Below, piece after piece: positions 22,976 through 35,966 of a stretch of DNA of 64,000 nucleotides (its first letter is position 1; each line of letters starts with the position of its first letter). The position numbers and the translations under genes are program-made. This DNA comes from Chlorokybus atmophyticus. Taxonomy: Eukaryota > Plantae > Mesostigma and Chlorokybus algae. Under the pieces are notes generated by a model. The model had not been told where the DNA came from, searched no databases, and saw nothing but the letters and a program-made list of their open reading frames with translations. Location of the stretch: assembly GCA_009103225.1 (NCBI GenBank), contig RHPI01002048.1:409357-473356 (forward strand), in the 5' to 3' direction.

Positions 22976-24085
22976 TACATGTATAGAAGTGCAAGCCAGG
23001 TGTGGAAAAACGTCCATAGTACGGGTGCGTCTTTGCTATTTTGCGCGCCGTTAGCGCGGCTTGTAGGCCACCTCGCAGCCCTAGGGTTGTACGGTACAAC
23101 TGGTCACCTGGTGCGACTGGGCGCCATAAATGGTTGCCAATCACCCTGGTGCGGACTTCCGCAACTCATAAACCAGGGTCAATGCGCGCCATCGTATGGC
23201 GCGTATTTTTGGCTTTGTGGAACTCTAGTTCCGAACTGCTTGCCGCCGTGTATGTACAGTGCTGCTGCTCACCCTTGGTGACGACAAATAAGACGGCCAC
23301 TGTCAGCAGGCCGGTGTTGTTGAAGCCGTTTTAGCCTCATTTAAAGTGAATCTGTGCACCGATCATGCTGATCAGCCGGCAGCCACGAACAACTTGAGCT
23401 GAGCCCTCTTCATTGACATTACGACCACAACCATAACCTCAACACATCCGCTACAGCGAATGTGGACATTGCTAACATGCACGATTGCCTGTCCTGCCCA
23501 CCTTAAGGGGTATGAAGATGATGAGGCAACCCATCATGACCATGTTTGACGGCGCTCAGTGCACAGGGAGGGGCAATTAATGATGTGTACGTGCATTGGG
23601 TCACAGATGCCGAAGTCTATATAATACACATATTATAGTAGCGCATAGATCTTACATACATTGCATATGAGCACGCACTAGGCCTACCACGCCTAAGCCG
23701 ACTTACTGCAAAGGCCATGACCACGAGCATGCAAAGCACCAGGCATAATGTCAGCATGGACTCTCAGAGCTCGTATTCCGCCATCATAACGCTTAACAAA
23801 AGAGAATACACTTCTTTTCCAGCTGGTTGCGGTAGCTAGCGTGCGACTTGCATGGAGAGCTTAAGAACTTTACTTGCGCCTTTGCCACAGAGCCGTCCAT
23901 GCACACAATGTCAGCAAAAGCAGTAGTTTGTTTTCGTCGCCAGGCGGCCGCCAATCTCCGGAGACCAGTATCCGTAGTCAGTCATCTGTAAATCCCGTGC
24001 AGTGCACACCTCGCTGCATCGACAGTGAAGGTCACTGTTCGGCGATGTTGTCGCTATCAGAAGCGGCTCCTCTCAAATACGGCGA

Positions 24086-24276
24086 AAGCTATCACTGTTC
24101 ATTGAACTGTTTTTATTAATGGCAAGCTCACACAGATTGATTGTAATTTGTTGCGAGTTTGATGCATATTGTAATGATAAGCTATCACCCATCAATGAAC
24201 AGTGTTCATTGGTGGCAAGCTCACATCAATTTATTGTAATTTGGTGCGAGTTTGATGCATATTGTTATGATAAGGC
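24086..24276. repeat. Degenerate tandem duplication, period 93 bp
   Basis: GGCAAGCTCACA...TTGTAATTTG.TGCGAGTTTGATGCATATTGT.ATGATAAG at 24121 and 24214. Confidence 0.85.
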
Positions 24277-26493
24277 ATGCAGGGATAACCACACTGATGC
24301 GGAATGTTATTGATATGTGTATGCATACATGCATATGCATGCAACGGTTGCGGGTGAGGCTTACATGATTAAAGTCAAGAATATATTATATATATGATCT
24401 TTTACTCGTATAATTGAGAATGCATAAGTGTCGAGATGCTGTATAACATGTCAATGCTTACCGTCTCAACATAGCAAATAGTTTGTATCCTGACCTATAT
24501 ACATGAATATGATACAAGCTGATGACTTTGAAAAGTCGTGCTCACACCTCTTTTACATGTAGACCAACCTTGCGGATAATTGACAAATAATGTTTTTTGC
24601 AGCATGCATTTTTTGCAGTCAGTGAGAAAATGAGGAAAAACGCGCGTGGCGGCGAAATAAGCCTGGTAGTGGTATCGTATCAAAATTGAAAATGTGGTTT
24701 GCTTATTGGTATGTCACTTTTTGTCTCACCATTTTTCATGCCCCATTCACACTTTTGCCCCCTATCTTAAACCTTAAATGTCCCGGAACTGGATGTTGGC
24801 CTTCATGTGTTAAGAGTATGAGGTGAAGATATACAACCCTGATTGAAAATTTGAATCTTTGGTTCGAATATGTAAGGATCACGTGTAAGCTTATACGGTG
24901 TTCAGAAGCACCAACCAAGTGGATTCACATATAAGTTGTAATTGAATTTAACAACACGTCACACAGAAGCATGCATGTATATTAAGTTCATGTACGCACA
25001 AACTTGTGGACGCACCCACCCACAGAGAGTGCTTGACCATAACTGTTACGTCTGAAGTATTGGCGTAAGTCACTCTCATGCCTTTACTTATATAATAAGT
25101 AGGAAGGACCAAGTGAGGACTTCATATAGTCGTGATGTGTGTAGCAGCGGTATACTAGCTCATGAAGTCAGGAACTATGCACTTAGTGTACAAGGACCCA
25201 ACATCTACACAAGGCACCAATACCAATAAGTACAGGATTGGTAAATGTCAATGCGCAGTGTCGTAAGCGAGTAAGTGTGCTGCATGTGTTGGTGTCCGAG
25301 ATTGGACAAGGTCAGCCTGTGCTGACAGGTCAAGGCATAGTTGGCGAGGCCTTGTTAGCCTCGGACATCGTATGTTTCAGGTCGGGAGAGCAGAAGAGAC
25401 TATAAAGGTATGACTATCGTCTTGTGATAGCAATCGGTCACTGATTTTTCAAGACCAATTGTGTCGGGGATGCCTAGGTGAAGCTGTTGAAATAGTTCTC
25501 CCCGTTTACTCCCTTATGGGTTGTGGCTGGTTACAAGGCGTGTTAGGTTTAACTGCTTGTGCATAAATTACTTTTCGTGACCCTCACTAGCAATTGAGTG
25601 AGAGGTCAACATGACAATAACAAGAAGTTTATTTTACATTGCAACCACGGTATTACCAACGTGCCTCCAAATATACAGACGACAAGATGACAAAACTGAT
25701 ACAATGATATTATTACATGGAGCTCATTGGTATATGCATTTTGGCTGCATAAAAGGCTCTGTGTAACATGGACGTAAACAATTTACGGTTGTATAACCCT
25801 TAACAACAGGCCCCGATATCTGCTTAATTAGCACAATAATGATAGTTGTTCCTGTCTATTGTATTAAGCTGTTAAGTTCCTTGAATAGAGCTTTCGTCAC
25901 CATGATGTTGATAAATGTAACATACTATAGCATAATTTAAATTCGTGGTGTATACAATTTCACATGTTAAGTGTGGCTGCAAAACAATACTTTATATCGT
26001 GTATAATGCAATAGACTTATGCAATGCTCAGACGCTTGTATCTACAACTCTACAACATTAATCAAATAAGCTATCAAACCGGTCCCGTGGTTTATGCGGA
26101 AGTTTCACAATCCAATGTGTGAGAACAGCCCACAAGTCATCTCACCTAACTTCTCTTCACTACTATGAAAGCTGCTTAGCGGTACTAGATGTTGTTCCGG
26201 GCGTAAGATGATAACCCACACATCGAAGTACCGCATGATGCATACCTGGAAAGAGGCTTGTGTTGCAGGTTGCCAATGCTCATTGCATAGAACATGCAAC
26301 ACGCGAAGGTGGCCTTTCGAATACAGACAACTACTCGCAATCAATGGTTAATGCTGCCCTATGCGCGAGCAATGTATACTCCAACAATTGTCAACACTTG
26401 TCAACGGCGCTATGCTTTACCCAACACTGAACACCAACACTGACCAATAACACACCTATGGCCACCAATGTCACCAACCCATGAATCGCTCAC

Positions 26494-27914
26494 TCATTCC
26501 AGCTTCTGCGCCTTGCAGATTGGCCGGAGTGCAGCATGGATGCGGCTGCAAGCCTGGTAGATGCAGAGGCCCGGCACAACAATCCAGATGAAGTTCATGA
26601 AGACAAAATAGAACCAGAAGTACAGGAAGCCTGGCGCAATGTGCTCCAGACCCTCCAATACGCAGGTTGCATAGTACAGGATGTCACCGTAGATCTGGCC
26701 CGCGGAGACCAAAATCTGCAGTGTGTACCGCCACGGCAGGTTGTGCATCATTGCATACCTGTGGAGACAGCCAGTCAAGACAACCAATTATGCAAGTGCA
26801 TGTACATGCTGCGCATGCGCGTGTAGTACCATACGAGCACACATACGCGCATGCACACAAGCACCCACACTTGTGCAACATAATTCATCACGACTTACGC
26901 AACAGCAAGGCAGGCAGGGCCTTCAACAAAGGCAGTAAAAGCCTCCATGCTCACAACAAAGGAATCGCGAGTGGCATATCTGGAGTCTCCCTTAGCATAC
27001 TCCTTCCCTGCAACACGCAGAGGGTCAGCCAGTGAACTCCAATCTGCGAGTCACTGCTCTCAACAACAATATAGGTAAGCACTTACAGACTTCAGAGAAG
27101 AACTCTGGCCTGGGGTCCTTGTAAAACTCCGGCCGCAGGACAAATGCGCCCTCGAGGAAGATGTGTATGAGTCCACTCACAATCATCCACGACAACACAG
27201 CCCGATCAGCTCCATAAAAGTGCTTCACTTGGCCTGCACATGCACGACATTGTTTACCATCGGTTATGCCTGAGAGCTTGTGCGTCTGCACTTTGTAGTG
27301 TGTGCGTGTATGCACAGAAGTGCTTGTGCATGCATGTATATATGAGCGCCTACAACATGCGTGCCTGAAGTATACACATGGGTGACTGCGCTGTATTCTG
27401 ACTTCAATGCTTGCCACCAGCTTCTAACGCAACAGTTTGTCAATCCTGTGTTGCGTACCAGAAAGTGTCCACACCGAAGAGAAAACGATGCCGACAGTGA
27501 CAAAGAAGATGGCGAGCATGAGAGGGAGCGGCATCATGCTGGGGACGAAGCCCGGTAGCTCCAGAGACGCCGGATGGTAAGGGTGCACCACGGCGTTGCT
27601 GCTTGCGTGCAATGAGACAGTATAAGTGTGAGTGTGAACTGCGAATAACATTGCAATAGCACCAGTCAGACAAAGAAGACCATCATTCATACAGGCATTT
27701 GTTGGGAGCTCGTTTGCACATAGTGTCCATGGTTGAATGACAAAAACAGCTAATGCTCTTTGTTCTGTCCGTGCTTTCGTAATGCATATAGAACTATACG
27801 ATCACTGGTCCTCATTCGCATATAACACGACGATGGGCAAGCTAAGCAATGACAAGTCAAGGCAAGGCAAAGCAGCAGTAGAACAACTTACGTGATGTTG
27901 GCGGCGGCTTCCAT
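26494..27914 (-). CDS. EBP: 3-beta-hydroxysteroid delta8-delta7 isomerase (EBP family, HYD1-like), 5 exons
   Basis: HPYHPASLELPGFV, SGLIHIFLEG, WKEYAKGDSRYATRDSFVVSMEA..EGP, GQIYGDILYY, FWFYFVFMNFIWIVVP. ATG at 27914 is in phase; stop TGA at 26494. Confidence 0.93.
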
Positions 27915-30900
27915 GACGACGCCCATGGTTAGCTACTTGCTGCTGCAAGCTGCACCCCCAAGCAGCAGGCAGCTCGCCGCCTAGCACTAGCACCCAACGG
28001 CCGCTTTACACAAATACAGTGTTCTACGGATAAGCACTACAACCAATTCACAATTCAAGGCACAGCGTTCTGTGCTGGACTTCCCCTATCTAACTCCACC
28101 TGACGTCAGAAGACACAGACACAAAGTGCGTAGTGCAGCAGGCCACTGATCATTTGAGAGTCAATAGCTGTCAATGACTTGGTCAACAGCTTCACTGTGC
28201 CTGGTCCGTAACACGTAAGTATGCTGCCGCAAGCTCGCGATCTTCTAGGCAAATGGCTAGCCCGGCGGCCACGACAGCAGGGGCGTCGCCGCCGCAACGC
28301 ACGTGGGAAGGAACAGACCTCTCAGCTATCCGCTGCTATCGGCTTCTTGACGATGAATTTATTGCCAGCTGGCAGCTAGCTTTAGTAGGCAGCTCTCATG
28401 TGAACACTGAAAGGGGTGTTGAAGGACCAGTATGAATGGGGTCTGCTTAATGACTTATGAAACGCCAACCGGCGGTGACTCATCAATTAAACGCGACTTG
28501 TTGCGAGGGCAGGTCGTTGAAGCTGTTTTCCGCGGCCGCCTATGTGAATCTCTTTGGAAAACTGGATCACGCGCTGATGTACGGATACGGGTCTCTTGAC
28601 TTGTACCGTACACAAATTGACGTATAACCAAGTGGCACAGACTCTCCTCAGGACTACGGGCCAACACGACACTGTCGGCACTTCTGATTGCTTAACGATT
28701 TATGCCATATATGTAATGCACTTATATACGTAAGATGACACAATACCATGATTAAAGTCTGCATTGCGCCCTACTTCATGCGCGCATGTGCATGCATGTG
28801 ATAGTGACTTGAGCATGTGGCTTCAAATATTTGTTTAGTTGAACTCACTATTTTCAGATTATATCTCATTTATACATTGTATATATAAAAATGAACAAAA
28901 GAGTTGACATTGGCTTAAACACATATACGAGAATTCTCATTTTAAGTAATTGTTTGCGATTTGTGCATTACATACAATATGTTTATGTAATATATTGCAG
29001 CAAAGCGTAAATCAACACACGCGAACAGAGGCAGCTTGTTTGCATAAGCATCTGATTTTTATATGGATACAAATAAAGCTAGAACCCTCAACGCTTCAAT
29101 TGTTAGCTGATTGAAGCCAGATGAATTTACGTGAACAAAGTTTGCCAAGTTTTATACTTATGACGGCGCATGAGTCATGATTTTAATAAGAACTTAAACA
29201 CCATAATCATGATGCGCATAACAACACTGTTATCATTCACATATAGTATATATGTCTATATACCATATTCATGTATGTGTACAAGAATTCTTCAATATAG
29301 AAGCATGACACCGTGTGTATTAAGAAAGGTCGAGTGAGTGGTCGAATCAGAAAGAAGTCACCATACTACAAGTACACCCATACAAATGAAAGATAATCGG
29401 ACCTGTATGATGCACACGTAGACCAGTGCAGTGGGGGAACCAATTGTAATTTGCTGTGTAGATGATACTGTATCATACAGTGTGATGATAACACTATTAA
29501 TAAATTATATTGTGTCATATAGTCAATCACATCTTGACATCAAGCACATAATTAGGTTGTGCCTTAAATCCTTGTGCTGTAAGTTTGTCAAAGTGTTTAT
29601 CAAGCATGTCGTCTGCTGCTGTGCACAATGGATGTGGCGGAGTTGGCCGCGTGTTTGACACTATACGATATGCATACCGCAACCATCTTTGTCATAATGC
29701 TGTAAGGCTTGTGCTTGCATATTGCAAAGGCTGTGACGGTTTTTGAAAACGTTGTGCATGCTCGTTGACACTGGCATCTGTGCACTTAAACGCTGTTTGT
29801 ACATAGAGTAGTTGAGGTTGCGGGCTTGCATCATGCGCATGCTAGCGTATATGGCACGCTCGCGCATAGTGCCAATAGCATGGTTCACTGCACGTCCGAC
29901 ATCACAAGCCAACAAAAAGCGTGCGTGCGTGCGTGTGCGTGTGTCACACAGCTTGTGTATTGCATAAATATTACACAAACGATGTCAACTGATGTGACAT
30001 CAAACAACCAATACATTGATGCCTTTCACCCGCATACAGCATGGCGCGTGTGCGTGCTATGTTGACTTTATTATAGCGTATGCTATGAACATTTTTTGTA
30101 TTGTCAACATATGTAAGATTACAACTAAAGCAAATGCAACATGCACTGTGCGTCATATAATGGTAATTCATGTACAAGTACATAACCTTATTACCATTCT
30201 GATGAGTGCAGGCTAATAATAAATTCAATGACGATGGCACGGCAGGGGCTTAACGTGATTGACATGTATGCATGCATGTGCATGACAAAAATTGAAGCTA
30301 CACCATAATAATGATGCTTAACACAACTACTTTATCCAACCAATTATAACGTTTATGTGGCGAGGCTGCATAAACGTTATGTTCTCCGAGCTAAGGTAGC
30401 GAGTTTTGCTACCGTGGCCTGTATTTACGGTGTCAATGGTACACCAGAATACATATGATACATCAACTGGCTGACAATCAGCAAGGCCAAGTGAATGGGA
30501 CACAAGAACTTGCTTTCCAATTACAAATAGGTGCACAAGGTACAACCAAAGCATTTCAGCCAACAATAGGCAAACAACACAATGTAGGGGGCGGGGGCAC
30601 AATGCTAGCATTGAGTGCATGAGCTAGACCAAAGGCAGGAGAGAGTAGAGAGCAGGCAAGGCAGCAACAAGGGTGAAAGATAACCTACCAGCACCGCGCA
30701 TACAGCGGGAGGGAGTAGTCATCCTTGCTGCTGCTGTGCCTGCCATTGTGAACGCCAACTAACAGAGCTCGTGTGGGCAGGTAATGCACTGCTAGTATGC
30801 ATGTATGCATGCCTGAAGGGGAGGTCTAGACTAGTGTAGTGTAGTGAGGTTGGAACAAACAGTTTTTGTAGCCCGGTGGTTGTGTTATAATGTGCTTGCA

Positions 30901-31298
30901 TGCTTTTTGGCATGTTGTGACTGATGTCAAGCATGTATACAACTGCTAGCAGCATATCCTGTACATGATATGAACCAATACAGCCTGCATTGATGTCATA
31001 ACGTTGTGAGTGCACAAGTCCACCTCGCTGATAAGGATGGATTGATTGGCTTGTTGGTAAATATGCATATCGACAGAGGTGCCTCATTTCTGCTTTCCTA
31101 ATAATCAGCATGGTTGCTTGGAACTTCACATGATGTTGGCAGGTGATGCATTCCGAAAACATCCCGCGACATTGTGTTTCCCACGTCTTTGGATTGTTGT
31201 TGTTCACGTGCCGGTGCATGCCGTGCATTTGGATACTGTTCTTGAGCTTAAGGAACACTGATGCCTTATGTGCACCATCCCAGCTGCAGAAGCATGTG

Positions 31299-34200
31299 CT
31301 ACCACCTGCTCAACCATGTGCGGCACTTGGTGCTCTTGCACTTGCACAGCACACCTTGGGCCGGCCGGGCCTCACTCTCTTGACTCGCATCACCCACATC
31401 GCTCTCACCTGGTTTGTACCAGCAGTAGTCGTATGTGAGCTCGGTGCCCGCCCTTATGTCGCGCTTGGCGAAGAAGCCTATCCTGTGCAGGTCCATATCG
31501 GCCGTCTCCACCAGCACGTTGTAGACGCTGAGGTTGGCGTCGCAGCTGTGATTGATGAAGCGGGCCATGTTGCCGCAGTGCGTCGGGTCCACTACATACT
31601 TGCACTCCTGCGCAGCATTGCTCCCTCCTCCACCTTCACTCTTCTCTTGGGAACCGTCGATGTCGAACAGCATGCTGCAGCCATTGCTGATACAAGTCAG
31701 CGCGCGCATCGATTGAGCAGTGGGTGTTCGCCCACACAAACAACCTTTATGCTTACAGGACTCCCTCCCTTTCGTACTGCTCGCCCCGCTTCACGGCCTC
31801 GTCGTGACTGATCACCTCTCCAACGTACTCAACCACGAATGTTCCACTGCATGGTGTGTTGAAAGCAATGTGTATCCATTGCAGTGCAATTGCAAGCTAC
31901 TGATGGGTTACCGTTCAATGTCTTGAGTCGTCCGCAAGCCCCACCCGCAATCAGGAGTCTTGAACACCTCAAGCTGCAGTTGTATGCCCAACTGTACGAC
32001 TCTGTTTGGGCAGCTGCTGTTGCATGCGCAGTTGTCATTGCACTCGGCTATCAAGTCCTGGCCAGGGGGAACTTGCACCTGCCAGCTCTTGTTGTTGTTG
32101 TTGTTGTTGTTGTTGTGTTGCACTCATCCATGCCACATCTAGTCATGTAACAACGGGTTACCCTTTTGGCTCGATTGTATGCCAAACGGCCTGCCATCGG
32201 CAAGGGCTCCAATTCGACAGCAGCAGATTTGTGACGCTTCTCGAGCAGCGATTCCATTATATACATGGAATCCCGTTCGTCGGCGCCATTGACTATATGG
32301 TGCTGCGTACACACAATCACTTATACAGCCAGGCAGATCCTCAAGGCGAACACAATGAAATGCAAACGGCACCTTATAATGTGAGCATGTGTGCTGCAGA
32401 TAGGAGCCGCACTGTCTCTGACAACACGTACAGCCGGTCGCAGGTTTCAAGTTCTCTGCGCATTGCAACAGCACGAAGAGTCGCTGCTTGTAATGATCAC
32501 GACATACAAAGACACATACGCCTAGCTTGTTTGACAACATACCAGTGGTAACACCACTGGAGGGATGGTACCGTCTTTCCTTAATGTACAAGAAAGGGGG
32601 CATTGGCTCGTTATCCACAAAATTGATGCAGCGAATGGGCACTCGTTCCTGGCCATTGCTCAGATCTTCCGAAAGAACCAGTCCAGCATGCAAGCCTGTA
32701 AGTTGTGCATGAGATGCTGTCAGGATCATGCCCGGATCAGACCTTCCCATGACAGGCATCCTTGTCACAGACAGTACTCACTTGATGGCACGCATGAAGC
32801 AGTAACTTGAGCTGATGTGAGTGCGTTCGCACTGTCAACAAACCCCTGAACCAACGCAAACGACGTTATGGACGCACTGCAGCGGATTGAGTTTGCTTTG
32901 GTACCACTGACGCACAATACACCACACTTACACAGCGCTTTGAGCCTTGGTGCCGTTCTCCCTCAGCATGTGAGCTTGTGAGTTGCGAGTCGCACACGCT
33001 CTTTGCTTGTTCGTAACAGTCCTCCTTTATAGCTTGACCCAACTGCTGATGCAGTTTGCTCGCAGCCACCAATGGTGTCCCTGCTGCAACAAATGCAACA
33101 ACAACATTCAATGCGTAAAGACACGCATGCATGCATGCAGCAAATACAAATAGTGCTTGATCTCAACAACATATGTCCTAGTGGCTACCTTGACACTTCA
33201 ATGGTGGAATGCCTGTTTTTCCATTCCGCAGAGCTCGAATCGACTCCGCTTTCAATGCGCGCGCAATGTCCAAAGCACTTCTCGTTTTGCTCTGCTGCTT
33301 GAGGCACTTCCCGCACCGCACTGTTGGGTGTTTCTGCGCTCGGCCCTCAAGCGCGTCCACACAAAGACACGGCCAATGCCATATCGATCGGCATTTTGTC
33401 ACGTTGCAACACGTCACGTACGCATTGTTCTTTCCGCTGCAGCTCTCCCTGCTGCACTGTTGGGATTGCACATGAGACCATGATGCAAGCTCCCCAACAC
33501 ACAACAACATCGCACCTTGTATCCATTGCGTTGGGCGATCTTTATGACAGAGGCGAGCTTACGGTAAGCTGCACGTGTGACATCCTTTGAAGCTGCGGTC
33601 AGCTGGTTTCCGCCCGCCATGCTGGCGCACAAGTAGTGCACCTTTCTGTTGGAGTCGCAAGCACATTTCAGCACAGCACAAGTGTGCGCAAAGCAACATG
33701 GTGACCAACTTGTACTCACCCGGCAGCAAGGCCATCTTCACACAAGCAGTATAGCTCTGGTTTGCTGCAGCAAGTGGATATCCACGGAAAGAGCATGGCC
33801 GACTCATCCTGATTGTCGTCCCAGTTGGCTTCCGGCGGCAAATCGCCTTTGACTCCGCACAGCTCGCAAACAGACATCGGTGGCCTGAGATTACAACGTT
33901 GCTTGATGTACCACCCAACCACATACACAAAGCCATTGTTGGACTGCTGGCATTACTGTTCTGTGGTCGTCGCGGCAGTCCTTGAAGCATAGCCTTCAGC
34001 TCGCTTTGCAAGCACTCTGTGCTTGGTATGGACGGACGCACTTGCGGTAGTGGTTGTGCTGTTGTTGGGGTAGACAGTGACAGCTGTGCTCCTGACCGAA
34101 ATATCAGTGCATAATAGTGTTGCATGCTGCTGTTGCTGATGGGTTGGCAAGGCGCGTTTGGCTGATGATGGTGTTGTTGTTCGCTCTGGCTTTGGTGATA

Positions 34201-34619
34201 TAGCAGATTGAGGAGGGGAAGGCATCTATGCGTACAAGTAAACTGGTCATGCTGCTGCTTTGCAACTATAAGAGCGCACACACAAACGCACTCACAAAAG
34301 TGTCCCTCCGTGTGTGCGCATGTGCACCCACACACGCAGGGATTGAGCGTGCGCATGAGTCTTGCTCTTTCACCTGCGTGGTGCTGATACCAAGGCAAGG
34401 GCGCTTTACGAGCTCTTGTCTGGCGTGTTCGCTCTCGGACTCGGAGTCGCTGGAAATCTCAATGGCGCACGCAGCCTGCGTGCCTCCCAACCGCAATGCC
34501 ACGCTAGTTTGGTGCTGCTGTTGGTTGTCATCGTCATTATCATCGCTGTCGTCCTCCTCTGAGCTTGTGTCAATGGTGAGGTCCACCCAGACCTGCGCCC
34601 CCGAAGTTTGTGCGGCCAT
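31299..34619 (-). CDS. SUV39/SUVR-class histone-lysine methyltransferase (pre-SET, SET, post-SET) with N-terminal PHD-type Cys/His fingers
   Basis: DLSNGQERVPI; ECNDNCACNSSCPNRVVQLG; GWGLRT; GTFVVEYVGEV; GNMARFINHSC; ELTYDY; CKCKSTKCR. Upstream exons contain LKCACDSNRKVHYLCA and CCNVTKCRSIWHWPC..RCGKC. The start is uncertain; a GC-rich exon may lie at about 35.0-35.2 kb. Confidence 0.88.
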
Positions 34620-35966
34620 CTTGTGTCACAGCACACTCCTCCTTGCTTGCGCCAGTCTCAGCATTGTGTCACCACAACCTGTGCAATGCATGCACTTGAT
34701 AATGCAGCAGCAGAAACAGCAGCAACGGCTGCTTGGAACATGCAAATGCGGCACCGACAAGTTTGGCAATGCACGCACTGCACACAGTTGCAAGGTACCT
34801 AGCGCAACGCCATATGTGAGGTATGGCAGATGAAGCGCACACGTGCTCAAGCATACCTTCAGCTCAACTCATCACGCACTCAGGCTTGAGAGCTTGATCT
34901 TGAGCCAGGCAGAGCTGGCGTATGCTGCACGCTGCCAATGCGCCTGCTTGCGGCAGACAGCCACATAGGAGGAGTCAGTCAGACAGGGACGCCACTACCG
35001 CCACCCAAGGACAAAAGGGCGGGAATACTACTCTCTCACTCTTCTCGCCAGAGCTTCTGTGAGCGGGCCGAAGTGCCTCCCCTGCCGCAAGTGTGCCCGT
35101 CCAGTAAGCTGCTAGAGGTGGCGGCCGCCCCCCACCGCTCCAGACCCGTCCTCCTCCCCCTGGTCCGCCTCCGCCGCCGCCGCCGCTCCGTCCCCGCTTC
35201 CCTGCCTTTGAAGCAGACAAAAGCGACACGAGATTGCCGCGCCTTCGAAGCTTAACGGGCCGCATTCTTGCGGCTGTCCCGCACCTTGAGAGAAGACTTG
35301 TCCATGTGACTTACTGCGAACCAGTTGTTTGGGCTGGCACTGCTGATGCTGAGGATCAGGTTGATGGTTGTGCTTTGTTACTTCCTTGTCGGTCAGCGAC
35401 AAGGGGTGAATAACTTGTTCAAGATAAGCAGGTAAGCAGAAACAACATGTCGTACATGTGAGTTGGATGCGAGTTGAACCATGATAACAGATGTTGACGA
35501 TGAAGCCTCAAGCAAGGCAGATGACGCAGCTTCCGCAAACCTTATACTCCTGCTGTTGCAGTGCGGGCAAGTAAATCTTCGCCATTGCCCGTCGAGTGGA
35601 GGTGCATAAGCTTTGCTGGGAGTTGCGTTGTTCCACCCAGGTTTGGCATGAGTGGCAGACAGTGCTTCGGTGCCATTACTCAACAATGTGCGGATCATGT
35701 TTGCTGCAACAGTATGCAGGCTACCACACGAGGCTTGCCGCAGTTTCACTCACATTCACACACAAACAAGGAACAAGACAGAAATAGAACAGCTTGCTAA
35801 CTCACAGAAGCTAAGCCATCATTCGGCATGCACATTACAGAACTGCTCTGCACAGCCACAGTCTCATTACTATCATGCAGAAAGTCGCACCACAGCATGG
35901 GTACATGTGCACAGGTTGAGTACAGCTGTGCATGCCGACTCAAGGACACGTAGATAGGCAAGCTGG

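Larger units (their letters stand above)
15968..23450 (-). pseudogene. SLC13/SLT-type sodium-sulfate/dicarboxylate transporter with TrkA-C domains, pseudogenised
   Basis: Recognisable pieces: GFNNTGLLTVAVLFVVTKG (23270-23330), [97 protein letters not shown]. These are joined only through several frameshifts and an in-frame TAA. Confidence 0.85.

Noticed and set aside
25330-25360. GLANY-like RT remnant on the - strand
   Set aside because: Only five residues match, with stops and no supporting RT motifs nearby.
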